A DNA stretch of 62,862 bases, filler included. It is 6 parts of 6 records of this genome, joined end to end, with 100 filler letters (N's around TTAATTAATTAA, not from the genome) between each part and the next. Parts side by side here need not be neighbours in the genome. Positions count along the whole stretch, not along the records: positions 33,801 to 39,601 come from SRR2962707_3540; positions 39,702 to 48,253 come from SRR2962707_3542; 4 more parts are not named here. One strand, 5' to 3'. Under the pieces are notes generated by a model. The model was not told where the DNA came from, searched no databases, and saw only the letters and a program-made list of their open reading frames with translations. Positions 33,801 through 46,000 of this stretch are shown here, piece by piece; position 1 is the stretch's first letter, and each line of letters opens with the position of its first letter. A program made the translations under genes and the position numbers.

Positions 33801-36282
33801 CTGCTGCTGCTGCTGCTGCTGCTGCTGACAGGGGTGGAAGGGAAGGCCCGCAGGAGCACCTGTCTCTCCTATTAGAAGAGGCCGCACGAGACCCTTCTTT
33901 CTTCGTGAATGGCAAGATCAACTTTGTTTACACCCCACAGCAAGGGCATCATGGTATGTCTCTTGGCTGGCACCAACAGCGGCAACCCTACCGGGTGTAG
34001 TGACTGCTGAGCTGGTGGTTGCCTTTTGTTCGGCGCGTAAGTGAGCGTTGGATTGAGACATGTGGTTCGGTCTCACAACGTCAGTGTTGTTGTGCGTGTT
34101 GTTGTAGGTGTCCTGCGAGCACCACTCAAAGAGAAGGAGCTGCTATTTGCGATTCCGACGAGCTTCCTGCTCACATCTGAGTTGGATCACTGGGTGGAAC
34201 AATTTACCGCGGCAGCCAGTGACAGTACTAGCAACATTCATGTGCCCTCCCCTCGTTCGCCGGCAGTCTCGCACTTTGCTTCATTGGGCGACTCTGATCG
34301 GCTTCTCCTGAGACTGTTGGAGGAGTACGGTCGTGGCCGATCGTCCAGATGGTTCCATTACATTGCACTGCTCCCAGACGATGTCGGTGCGTTGGTGCTG
34401 CATTGGTGTTTTTTTGTTTCGTTCCGTTTATCAACTTCTCAACACTTGCGATAAAGTTGGACTTCTGCTCATTGCGTGATTAGCTGCTCACTTTGCCTTA
34501 TTGCGGTTTGGACGTGCGCAGGGAATCCTTTTTACTTTCAAGAGCGTCATTTCGCTGCGCTCCAAGGCACAGTGGCGATGCATGTATTTGAACAAGTGAG
34601 CAATCGTGGCAGAAGCTTGATTGTACCATGTTTTTGTAAGGATGTTGTTTGAGGAAAGCTATATGGTGGGGTCACTTCCCAGGTTTCTAACGAATTTGGC
34701 AGCGTCCACATCCCGCGACTTACCAAAGCTATTCAGTACTTGTCGTCGTCAGGCCCGGCTGATTTACGTGCTTATTGGGCGGTGTGTGAGGTTGTGTGTC
34801 AGTCTCGTTTATTCGGCGTTGGCGGATTTGCACTTGTAAGTTGCTTTTGCATCCGAATATTACTGGGCATATTGTCTTTTTCAAAGACGGTGGTTGTTTT
34901 GGCCTGTTTTGACAACAGGGAGTCGGAATAGATCGTCTGGGGTGGGCATATTCGATCATCAAGTCAAGGGTATGCGATGCGAGTGTTCAAAATGCTCTCA
35001 AGCAGCGCGTGGGAATGTGGCCGAGTTGAACGTTCCTGTGCCCCAACAACTGCGTTTGACCTTTTTCCAGGCATTTATGGTCGCCCACACGACACCGCCG
35101 CACAGGCTCGGAGACCATCCTTTCCTTGCCCCAGTTGTCGACTTGCTAAATCATTCGCCAGATGCAAAGATGGCATGGCATCTTGGTTCAAGCCCAGAAG
35201 GCATGCCCCCACAAACACGGTTTGGCGGCGACGACACTCTGCACAGCACGGTCGAAACTGGTCATTCTGCGGCAGGCATGGTCGAGATGAGCGGAGACGC
35301 CTTCCGGGTGTTTGCCCTTGAACCTCCACATGGCGATGCCAACGCAGTCGGTCGCGAAGTTTTCAATCACTACGACGCTCTTCCCAACCACAGGTTTGCG
35401 TTGTTTTCCCAAGTAAACTCGGCTTGTAATGAAATTGTGAACTGTGGCATTTACAGCAGTTGATCCGCGTAACGCCAGATTGCTCGTCAACTACGGATTC
35501 GCTATCGATAACAATCCCGATGACATGATTCCTTTGTCATTTTCGTTTCCGCTTGCGGACCCTGATTCATACCATGGACAATTGCAACGCCAACTTTTGG
35601 ACGCAGCGGGAATTGTCAGTCTTCCACATGTGATTAAATTCAGCGCAAAGGACCGAAAGGGCCAAAGCTTAACCGCGCAACACGCGGAGCAACATTCAAG
35701 TGTATCTCGGTTTGTGGTGGGTGAGGATGATTCCGGCAAAGGTGATCAAGCTTCGGGAAGCGAAGTGCCGGCTGATCTCATGAACCTCGCACGATTGGCA
35801 ACCTACAGTGAATCAGACATGCGAGCAGTGGCTGAGCGTCTGGCACCAGTTTCGGGATCCACAGGGAACCGAAATCGTGGTGGACTATCACACAATGGCC
35901 GGTCTGTCCAGTCATTGTTCCTATCGCCAGCCATGGATGACAAGGTGAAATATCAATCCACTCCTTCCACGTGCCTTGCAAACAAACCGTTGCCCGCTTG
36001 TCGTTAATCGTTTGGATTTTATTCGCTCTTGTAACCCAGGCAATCGGACAGGCGCGAGAGTGGATTGAACGGATCGCAAGAACTATGTTGCCACACGCTG
36101 ACAGCAACCTGTCAGCTGCAATCGACCTTGCGATACATCAAGGTCAGAACACGATCCAGGATTTTCGGAATGCCGGCGCAGCAGATTTGAAGGCCTTGCA
36201 CGCTATCACTGCCCGGCTTGGTGAACACCAAATCATGTCCCGCGTGATCCGTGCTGTCGAGCGGGGGTGTAAAGCAGAATGA
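33801..36282 (+). CDS. Eukaryotic multi-exon SET-domain protein-lysine methyltransferase (Rubisco-LSMT/SETD3/SETD6-like), 5'-truncated
   Basis: Exon pieces in the expected order: ELLFAIP..LL, SRWFHYIALLP, NPFYF..LQGT, V.SRLF, LAPVVDLLNHSP, EVFNHY..N-LLVNYGF..NNPDD, then a helical C-terminal domain; GT-AG introns. Exon boundaries only partly resolved. The contig begins in a (CTG)n repeat. Confidence 0.8.
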
Positions 36283-36403
36283 GGTGTGACGTGGTGGGCG
36301 TTGGCACGACAACGTTCAACCGCACATCTCTTCGTTCGGGTGTGAATTGAGTTTTCGCGCTGCAGCAAGCAAAACTAAAACATTATTGTAAACCAGAAGG
36401 CTC

Positions 36404-39388
36404 TCATAATTGGCTAATCAACGATTCAATTTGTTGCGCGTTGTGCTCTACACGCTGATCTTTGCGAAGTAACCTCCATTCATCAAAGCGTGCCATCAGG
36501 CACACGTCGCTGTCTGGATTCAGCACCGGGGCCACTTGGGTGGAAGCTTTGGTTGGCCATGCCTTTTGACTCCACGGAGTCGCTTCCAAAGGTTTACGCC
36601 ACCGAAGGAAGTCAGTATTCAGTGGAAGAGATTTCCGGCCAATGCTGCGCGTTGCACCATGTGCGCTGGGACTCCCTGGATGACTTGGGCCTGCATGCAG
36701 GGCGATGAACCGTGTTTAGTTTCTGTGGGCGCACAGCCACAACGCAATACGACGATCATGCAGGCAAAACTCACTCTGTGCACGACGAGATCCTCGGGTA
36801 TTTCCGGCAGCGCGGCCTGAAGACATAGTCAAACCCGATGATTCAGCCGAATGCATTTGGGAAGTGGTTTTAGCCAGTGGGCCCGCAGTGTCGTCGGCAA
36901 TGCGGGCGATCCGGGATCGAAGAAAAACATCTCGGGCATTGATTTCGTCCCCATCTCCGTAGAGGTTGCGGTCCTCACGAGACAGCACCCCTGCAACGAC
37001 TTCATCAACTGCGAAGGCCGCAAGCAGCCGTCGTTTAGGCAATACCATGAATGCGTGCTCAGACGTGAGGCAAACATGAATTGGGGTTTCCATGCCAATG
37101 CTGCGAGAGTCTTCGCGTGATGGTAGCAAATTGGCGACCGGGCGGCCTAAACATCCATTGAGCGTAGAAGGTGATGAAGATACAGCGCAGCAACTCAGAA
37201 GCAAACGCTTGTCTTGCAGCACTCATTGCTCGTTGGTGGCATTGCAATGCACAATTGTATCAGTCTTGTTCCCGAGCTACTTCCCATCGAACAAAAACAC
37301 ACAGCATGCGACTTACCGTCGGTCAAGTCTAGCAGCTGAACTGCTGGAGCGTCGTCCCCAACGAGAGCGGCTGGCAATCCGTCGACACTGGCGACGTACG
37401 GGGTTGCCTGTGCAATGCACAACACCAAGCATTACAGTAAAAAGTCCGACGCTTCGAGCCCAACGATGGAATGTCCATCCGCAAATGACACACACAGTAC
37501 GTACTGTGCCATCAGCCTCCATCGCCCGCACACATGACTCTGACTCCACCCCACGATCATCAGGCAACCGGTAAACAATGACTCCCCCTTGAGCCGAAGT
37601 TGAGACTAAATACGAGCCAGGTCCTGTTCCATCTGTTGCGCCCCCAATGGCCCCTTGTGCGCTGTGGGCTTCAGGTGGGGGTGTCGAAAACGCAACAGCA
37701 ATTACTGCGTGCGCGTGCTTGCGGGAACAGTAACATAGTGCTGTCATTGGCACGGCAGTAGAATATACAATGGTGCTGCCGTCGGCGAGCCCTGCAGCCA
37801 ACATGTGCCCAACGGGCTTGTTCAAAGCCAGAACCTGAAGTCCCGCGGGCAAAACCACGTTCCAGATCGACGCTTGCGACTGTTTTCCTGTGGCGCCATC
37901 GCAAAGTTCAACTCGAAGAAACTCCACCTTGTCTTCCCAACCGATAAACGCCACGGCTTGCACACCGTCCGGAAACTTTATGCCACCAGACCTAGCTGTT
38001 GCCAGTCGTGCTAATTGTGGCGCGGTCATGATGGTAGCTCCGCCCCCTTGCCGTGCTCGCACTGCATTAGGAGTGGGTGCAGGCCCTTCCTCGAGGAACT
38101 TCACGATGGGGACCAATGGCTCGCCAAATAGATGGGAGCTCGCGACAGCATGAACTGCTGCCGACACTGAAACGCTCGGGTCTTGCGTGCTTGCAAGCGA
38201 CACAAGCCGAACCTCCTCAATGGGCTCAGACGCAGCTTTGCCTTTCCCTTTCTTCGCTGGTGACTTCTTCTTGCCTTTTTTACTCGAAGCGGCCGCAGCC
38301 TCTGCTGAGGCTGCAGCATCTGCATCTGCAGCCCGCACTTCCGCCTCTGCTGCCGCTGCAGCTGCAGCCTCTCCGGCTGGTCCACCTTGCAATTGGGTGG
38401 TGGGTGCTTGGAAAAGATGTACCGTGCCGTCAGCCATTCCAATGCTAATCCAAGATGCGGATGGCGCCACTGACAGGGACGATACGACTTGGTCGACCGG
38501 AGCCATCCACCGAATCAACACACGTGGCTGAACAGAAGCTGGTTTTGAAGTCCCTACAGCCTCGGGTGACACTTTTGTCTCAATCTGATCGCCTTTCATG
38601 CTTGCCCCGTCGAACGAGGCTTCCATGGTTGCGGAGGCATTTCCGGATTCCTGCAAATGTTTTCCTTTGGGAACGGGCACTGCCACGAGTTCCACGGCGC
38701 TGCGGTGCAGTACCTCCAATGGCGGTGCCTCGCCCGGGTTTTCGACGTCTATTTCGGCAGTGTCTCCTCCGTCAGGATCTACTGCAATTGCGGCAGCGCG
38801 GGCCTCGGCGTAAGCCGCTGCGGCTTCTGCGTGTGCCTCTCGGGCGCTAAGCGACGCTTGCGTTGGCTCGTTTGTTCGAGCACTCGCGGCCACGACAATG
38901 AAATCACCATCTTCTCCGCTAAAAAGGCGGCCTTCTGTGACTGAGTCGATGCCGCCCAAGCCAAACCGTTCGTAGCTTTGGCTCGAGAACAGCGGCACCT
39001 CAGTCAACTGATCGAATGTTGCTGCGCCACTCCCTTCACCTTCCACGGGAAAACTGCCAAGTAAATACAGCCGCCTATCGTCCTTTGCTGTGAGAAGAAG
39101 CGGTGCTTCCGGGCAGTTGGAAGGCACAATGTGTGAAACATCCTGCGGAAGAATCCCCTCGTGCATGGAGGCTGCGTAGAGTGTCTGCGGAGCAATCAGC
39201 TTGGCATTCGGCCTCTCCTCGCCGATGCCCGGTCGTTTTTGAGACAGCGGGAATTTCGCGGAAATGCGGTCCCAGGCAGCGTCAAGGATGTGTTTTTGCA
39301 GGAGCTTGTCGATCATTCGGTACGGTTGGGGCAGTTCGTCGCGCACCTGGCTAACGTTTTGAAGAGGGATTATTTCGGAGTCTGCCAT
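36404..39388 (-). CDS. Eukaryotic WDR93-like WD-repeat (ciliary) protein, multi-exon
   Basis: N-terminal DELPQPYRMIDKLL..AW matches my recollection of the WDR93 signature; WD-like strands (SIGMADGTVHLF, AAGLADGSTIVY); later exons near 37428-36716 and 36589-36404. Confidence 0.7.
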
Positions 39389-39601
39389 CGTTGCAAGTTG
39401 CAATGTATGTGCTGTGCTGAAGGAGTGAGTGTTGTTGCTCCCCTGTGTTCCTCCCGCCCCTGGGACACACACGCACACTCAAAGTACCTGGGTTACGTAG
39501 TGCCAGTGCCACACGCTACCGTCACCGCCACCGCCCCCACCCCCAACACAGGGCAGCTCAGCAACGAGTCCACAACAACAACCCTGAACAACAACAACAA
39601 C

Positions 39602-39701
39602 NNNNNNNNNNNNNNNNNNNNNNNNNNNNNNNNNNNNNNNNNNNNTTAATTAATTAANNNNNNNNNNNNNNNNNNNNNNNNNNNNNNNNNNNNNNNNNNN
39701 N
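39602..39701. other. Artificial contig linker
   Basis: N44-TTAATTAATTAA-N44, flanked by (CAA)n and poly-T. Confidence 0.97.
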
Positions 39702-40020
39702 TTTTTTTTTTTTTTTTTTTTTTCCCCGTTTGTTTCTTTTTGTGTGTACGTGTGCTTGCGATCTCTCTCAGGGCGCGGCATCTCGGGCAAGTCGGGCATT
39801 TAGTGCACTGTGGAAAGGCCCTCGAGTTTCTTTGTGTGAAAGGTGTGGGTTGGTGGTAGAAACCATGCCAATGTGGGAGGCCGGCCAGTGTTTGGATCTG
39901 ATTTTTTTTCCAGTTGTCTTCTTCGCAATCTGAGCCTTTTTTTTTATTTTTATTTTATTTTTTTGTTGAGACACTTCCGTCGCGTGAGCTCAAAGACGCT
40001 CGACCCGTTTCCCGTCCCAA

Positions 40021-43000
40021 ATGCGTCTGAATGAGCGCCTCAAGTATGAGAATGCCATGAATTCAATCCGACTTCCTCAACATGGCGGCGGTGCTGGCGG
40101 CTTTTCTGCATCTATTGGTGGCTACCCGTCCTTCCGCAACGAGCGTATGCGTGGCGTCGGACTTGCGAGTAGTTTTAACCCAGCAGGTTCCGTCCCCGCA
40201 GCTGCCAAGTACAGCACAACTGCTGCGCTAGGCAACAGCTTTGGCGATGCGTTTGCGAGGTTGAAGCATCATCGTGAAACTGAGCATAAAATGGCATCCG
40301 ACGCTGCGTTTGCAGCTGACCTCCAAAAGGCCGGGGAATTTCGCAGGGCGGTTGAGTCCAGTGGTGTCACACAACTTGGTGCCGACAACAGTCGAGGAAG
40401 TACCAGTGACACCAGGCTCCCGTTTAATCTCATTCAAGAGTGGGAGCGCAAATACCACAATCTACAAGAGCAACTGGCAAGAGCGGAGGCACAGGCTGCC
40501 CGAACAGCTGGAGGAATCCAAGCTCGGGCCCTGGGTATGGCAGAGAGCGAGGTTCATGCGAAGGACCAAACCATTTTCGCATTGAAGCAGCAGTTGCAAG
40601 AGCAAGCTGCCGAGGTGGAAGCTCTCAAGGGAAAAATGAGTGTTGGAGATTTACGATGGAAGGACAAGGTGAAGCGCTTGGAAGAAAACTTTGAGGCCAA
40701 GGCTCGTGACTGTGAAGAGCTTCGGGAAAAGGTCGACCAGCAGCGAGTGGACGTAGACCGTCTTAAAGCCCGAGAGTCCGACATGAAACAGCAGGTAAGA
40801 GCATTGAAAAAATCTCAAGCAAGTGAGGTTCATTTGCAAGCAAAGGTTGTCCTTTGCTTCATCGATGCTTTCCATTCCAATGGTTTATTTTTGTTCTGGA
40901 TCGACGGTGGCAGGTTTCTGATATGAAAAACTTAGTGCGCCAAGCTGAAGCTGACCTCGAGCGTGCTGCAGAGTCGCCAGAGCTGGCCAACCTGCGGACC
41001 GAACTAGCCCGTACACGTCGCGAGAATCAAACCCTCAGAAGCACCAACGCTGCGCTGGAAGATGCGCAGGTATGTGCCGTTGCATTTTCAATTGTTGTTT
41101 TTGAAACTACGTGGGCTCGGAAGTGATGTTGTTGTATATCACCTTGTGGCAGGCCGACTTACAGCAACGTGTGACAACGGATGTATCGTCCATGCACCAT
41201 CTCAACGAACGTGTTCGGAGCCTTCAGTCACAATTGGAGCAGCGTAAGCTGAGAGGAGCAGCTGAAGAAGAAATGACACGCGAAATTGAAGACTTACGGC
41301 GCAACCTTGCGAATGCCAAGGCACGTGAAGACTACGCAAAGACGACAATTGCGGTTGAAATTGAGGCGGTGAATCAGAAAATGGCCGAAATGCAACGCCA
41401 GCTTCAGGTGCGACAGCGGGTGTTTGGTGATCCCTGTAGTCCATCACATGAGTTCTGGTTCTGGTCTGCTCTTTGGATATATTGGCTCAACTACAGGCTT
41501 TGATTGGTTCTTGGTGATCTGTTAGTTGGAGGAAGCAAAGTCGCGGCAGGCCGATCGTCTGCGTACTGCACTTGCCGATCGCGAGCGCGAGCTGGCAGAT
41601 TTTGAATCAACCAGTCGTCGGGAAGCCGACCAACGCGATCAAGTATGTTGTAGCCCATGTAGCAGAGGAAACCTGAAACCAAGCTGTCAATGTGCGAGGG
41701 CCAGCAGTGTGTGTGGCTCAATCTGACTTGCCTATTCTGCACTGTGAACAGACTGAACGCACGCTACGAGACAAGCTGTCAAATTCCCAGCTGGACATTA
41801 CCAACCTCAAACAGCAATATGACACCAAAATTAGTCATCTTGACCGAGAGCTTCAAGCAGCAAATGAATCTGCACTCTCAGCCAAAGACGAACTGTTTGC
41901 TGCCAACCAGCGTTGCGATTCGGTTTGTCCGCTTGTTTTTTATGTCGATGCGTTGGATGCTTTACAAACAGGGAACCACCTTCACTTTTATTTTGCGTGC
42001 AACCCAACAGCTAACAAGTCAGCTTCATATCGCCCAGCGCGAGGCTTCTGCAAGGGCTGTGCGGTCGTCCCAGTCGGAGATGGAACTGCAGGAGGAGTTG
42101 AAGATCATGGAAGAGACCATGGAACGGCGCGCTGCACAATTAAAGGAGATGAAAAAAGCGCATGCCCAAGAAACTGCAGAACTTAGGGAGCTTTTGGAGG
42201 AGGTTTGCCCTGGCAGAGTTATGAATGACAGCTAAAAGTCCCATGGACCTCGTTGGCTGCTCAATACGGCTGCTGTGTCCTAAACCAACGTAACTGCACG
42301 TCGTTGCTGTTGGTGCGATTGCGTGTTTGCTCAGGCAAAAAGCCGTGATCGTGCCACTGCAGAGGCTCTTCACGACGAGACGTCGAAGGTTGTTGATCTC
42401 CAAAGCCGACTCAAACTGAGTCGAGAACAAGCCCTCGCCATGGAGGTTCGCCTTGCCTGTTGATAGTATGACTTTTGTCGTTGGAAGGAGCCTGATGATT
42501 TGATGAACGCATGTAAATCCCTCTGCAACTTGAACGCTTTGCTTGCAACTATGTTTTGCATGTTCTATCCCATTGACGTGCCACAGTCGGCTGTTCGTGA
42601 AAGCGCTGAGCGTGCAGATGCACTCCAAAACCGACTCGACCAGCGACGGAAACAAATGGAAGAAGCAACCAAAGCAACAGAGGAACAACGCCAGGCCCTT
42701 TCCCTTGAAAATCAAAGATTAGCCTTTGACATTGAGGCTTTGAAACAAAAAGAGGTACGTAGTTGGTAGAATGCCACCAGTCGTGACGATCGTTCTTGCG
42801 TGACACGGGGCTACTTGCTGAATTCCTTGCCCACTAGTGTCTTAAGCTTGTCGGGGTGCTCACGGGTGCTTTTTTCCTTTCCACATAGGCTTCCCTCAAC
42901 GGCAATGTCGGCTCACTGCAGAAAGAAGTTGCTGCTCTTCGAGCAGAACTGGAAGCAGAGCGCATCAAAGGGAGTGAGCGGGCGTCCATTGCCGAAAAGA

Positions 43001-46000
43001 AACTCGAAGCTGGGCGTGTCGCACTTGAAGAGGCTCAATTGAAACACATTCGAGAGGTGCGAAGAACTTGTACAGTTGTATTTGGCCGCTTTGTTTGATC
43101 TGTTGCACTTGAGGAGCTTACATTGTCGAGACGCCTTGGCTAGATTTCGGCCTTGCGCGAGAGTGGAATGCAAATTGCTGATTCGGCCTCGACCCAGATA
43201 AGGGAGCGATTTGAGAAGGCGAATCAAGAACTTGTGGAGCAGTTGGAGGAAGCTCGTGCTCAATGCCGGAGCGACCGAGCAGCAGCCGATGCGGCAGAAC
43301 GTATTGCTGCCGAAAAGCTGGCTGCTGCAGAAATTCAAGTGCAGACACTACAGGTACAATCAGATGATTAAGTGCGCCCACTGTGCCTCAATGCTCACGC
43401 GGTTTCTGCCAGCACAAATGTTATTTGTACTCCTTTGAAGGGCTATTCTGCACGACGAGGCCCTCGTGGCTGTGCCCAAGGCCGTGCCTCATTTTCCTGC
43501 CACAATTAATTCCGTGCGCGGTAGGTTCAAATGGCGGGGTTGCGTCAGGAGCTTGATACAGCAAGGGCACTCAACTCGCAGCTTCGAGCAGCAGAGTCAG
43601 CGCGTTCAGCTACCCCTGCACGCCAGCCGGTTCAGAAAATGCAACCGGTTGACCCACTTCCTTCCTCCCCTGCAGCCCTTGGTGCTGCCGCAGCAGCATT
43701 CCCCCATACATCGAACAGTGCCCAAGCACGCATCCCCGAAGCCCATGACAATACGGTTTCTTCGCGACCTTCCAAAACTCCAGCAGTGTCGTCCGCCGGG
43801 GCTGCAACTGCACCACCTCAACTTGGCCACCCGACGCCGAGTGGTGAAAAGAGCAGTGGCACTGCAGTTCCTGTAGCAAAACATGGCCTTCCGGTCGAAG
43901 CTGCCGCACCAACTGAGCTGTCCAGAGACCAGCTCAGTCTTCTTGAAGGTTTTATTGAAGAGCTTCTTCGAGCAGGTCCGTGTGGCACTTTTTCTGTGTG
44001 CAGACGTTGTGCTCTTTTTTGGATCTTCAAGCGACTGGCCCAAAAAGATCTCATGTCTTTTTGGACTCTGCGATATTAACAGATGAGGAAGGCACTTTAT
44101 CATTCAAGGGAGTAAGATTGAAAACATGCGAACACTTCGGCGTGTCTTATTCATCGCGTGACTGGATTCAATGGTACAAAGAAACGGCGCAGCGGTGCCT
44201 GGATAAGATTCAGGACGAGGAAGGATCCGGTAGTGATTTTGGGGACGACTCTGTCGAAGTGCCCACAACCGCACCAGCCGTTCCGGCAGTAGCCGCTTCC
44301 ACAGCGAGTGACGGTGATAGTTGGGAAGATGAGGATGGGCACAGCAACAAGAAAGCGGTTCCTCTTACGGAAAAGAAATCGCCCCCAGCCAAACAGGGAG
44401 AAATTAGTCCTCCAAAGATCAAGGGCTCGGAACCAGACAGTGCTCTGGATGGCGACGCCGACAGTTGGGATGATGACGACGACGACGACGATGACGGCGA
44501 GGGAAATGGTAACAAAGGCGGCTGGCCACTGAATGCTGCGTCGCCCGCTGACCTCACCAAAGAGCAGCTGACACAGCTCGAGCAACACGTGTACGTTGTT
44601 TAATTGCGGCTCCTGCGTTTGTTTCAATTGTTCGGCTCCCATTCTCCACGCCGCGGGGTCGTATCCCCACCTGTGCACTGGATACTTGACCATGCCGGCT
44701 ACTTCCTGAATTTCGGTGACCAGTTATGGAGTGCTGGAGGCGGATGAAAACGCTACCCTCTCGTTCAAGCAAGTGCGTCTGGAGGCCTGTGCCAAAGTGC
44801 CGGGTGGACCTGCTGTATATAGTTCGTCCGCGTGGAAGAAGTGGTTCAAAGGTGAGGATCATCCCAAGATTGTGAACCTTTCATTGCTTTCATTGATTTC
44901 ACCAATTTTTTATTGGTCGTTTCTCACTTGTTGGTCGGTTGGGCTAATTCCTGGATTTGTTCCAGGCACAGCTGAGAAGTGTAATGATGAGATTGAGGAG
45001 AAGCGGGATGCAGAAGCAGAAGCAGAAGCAGCCCGCGAACGAGAGGAGGAAAACAAGCGGAAACAGGCTGCAGCTGAAAAGCAGAAGCAGCAGCAGCAAC
45101 AACAAGAGGTTGGCCAGTGTACTCAAATTGACTTGCTCTCACGCACTGTGTTGTGGCCAACGCTGCTCTAACCCTCAGCAATTGGCATTGCAATCCCAGG
45201 ACGACGACGAGGGAGATAGTTGGGACGAAGAGGAAGATGATCACGGCCATGGGGCGACGGATCGGTACGTTTTTGGCCGTTGCGGGCGGTTGACTTGAGT
45301 GAGCTTTGGGCGATTTTGCGACCACGCAGTTTGAACAAAAAATGAACCAAGGAGGATGCACCCTTTTTATTTGGGCTGATTCATCACGCTTGTGTGTGAT
45401 AGGAAAAAAACGGAGGAGCAAGGGCAATCGAGCCCACGAAAGCAGCAGAATGGCAATCCCAAATCGTTTGTATTTCCCCCAGCTACAAGCCCGGAGGAGA
45501 TATCCGAAGCTCATCGGAAAGTATTGGCCGCGCATATTCGGAAGATGCTTGAAAATGACGACGGTGGCACGCTTTCGTTTAAGCAGGCAAGTAGTTCTTT
45601 GAACTTTGTGAAGAAGTCAGACGGTTCGTGCACATTGCAGGGTAGTGGCTAAAATGTGCGATGCGAAACAAACATTTGGCAGGTTCGCCTCGATGCGTGT
45701 GCAAAGATAAATCGAACTTATGATACCTCAGCATGGAAGAAGTGGTTCAAAGCGACAGCGGAGGAGGCCTTGGACATTATCGAAGCAGAAGAAGATGCAC
45801 GGGCCGAAAAGGAAGCGGCATCCACAAGCAAAGCAGTTGTTGGGAAGAGCGACGACGGAAATTTTGATGATAGTTTTGACAAGGACGATGGCGACAACCA
45901 GCACGGAGGACAAAAGAAGCAATTCAACCAGGACAAAAAGAAGGCAAAGGACACGAAAAAAGGTGGCCATGTTGCTGATAAGCCAAAAAGCGTCAAGCTT

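Noticed and set aside
33801-33827. (CTG)n, (CAA)n and poly-T tracts at eukaryotic contig ends
   Set aside because: Ordinary microsatellites that explain the assembly breaks; no telomere-type repeat is supported.
40819-40913. Second GC-AG intron (CAA|GCAAGT) in the coiled-coil gene
   Set aside because: A strong canonical phase-0 donor (CAG|GTAAGA at 40795) fits the same acceptor, so a GC donor is not required.
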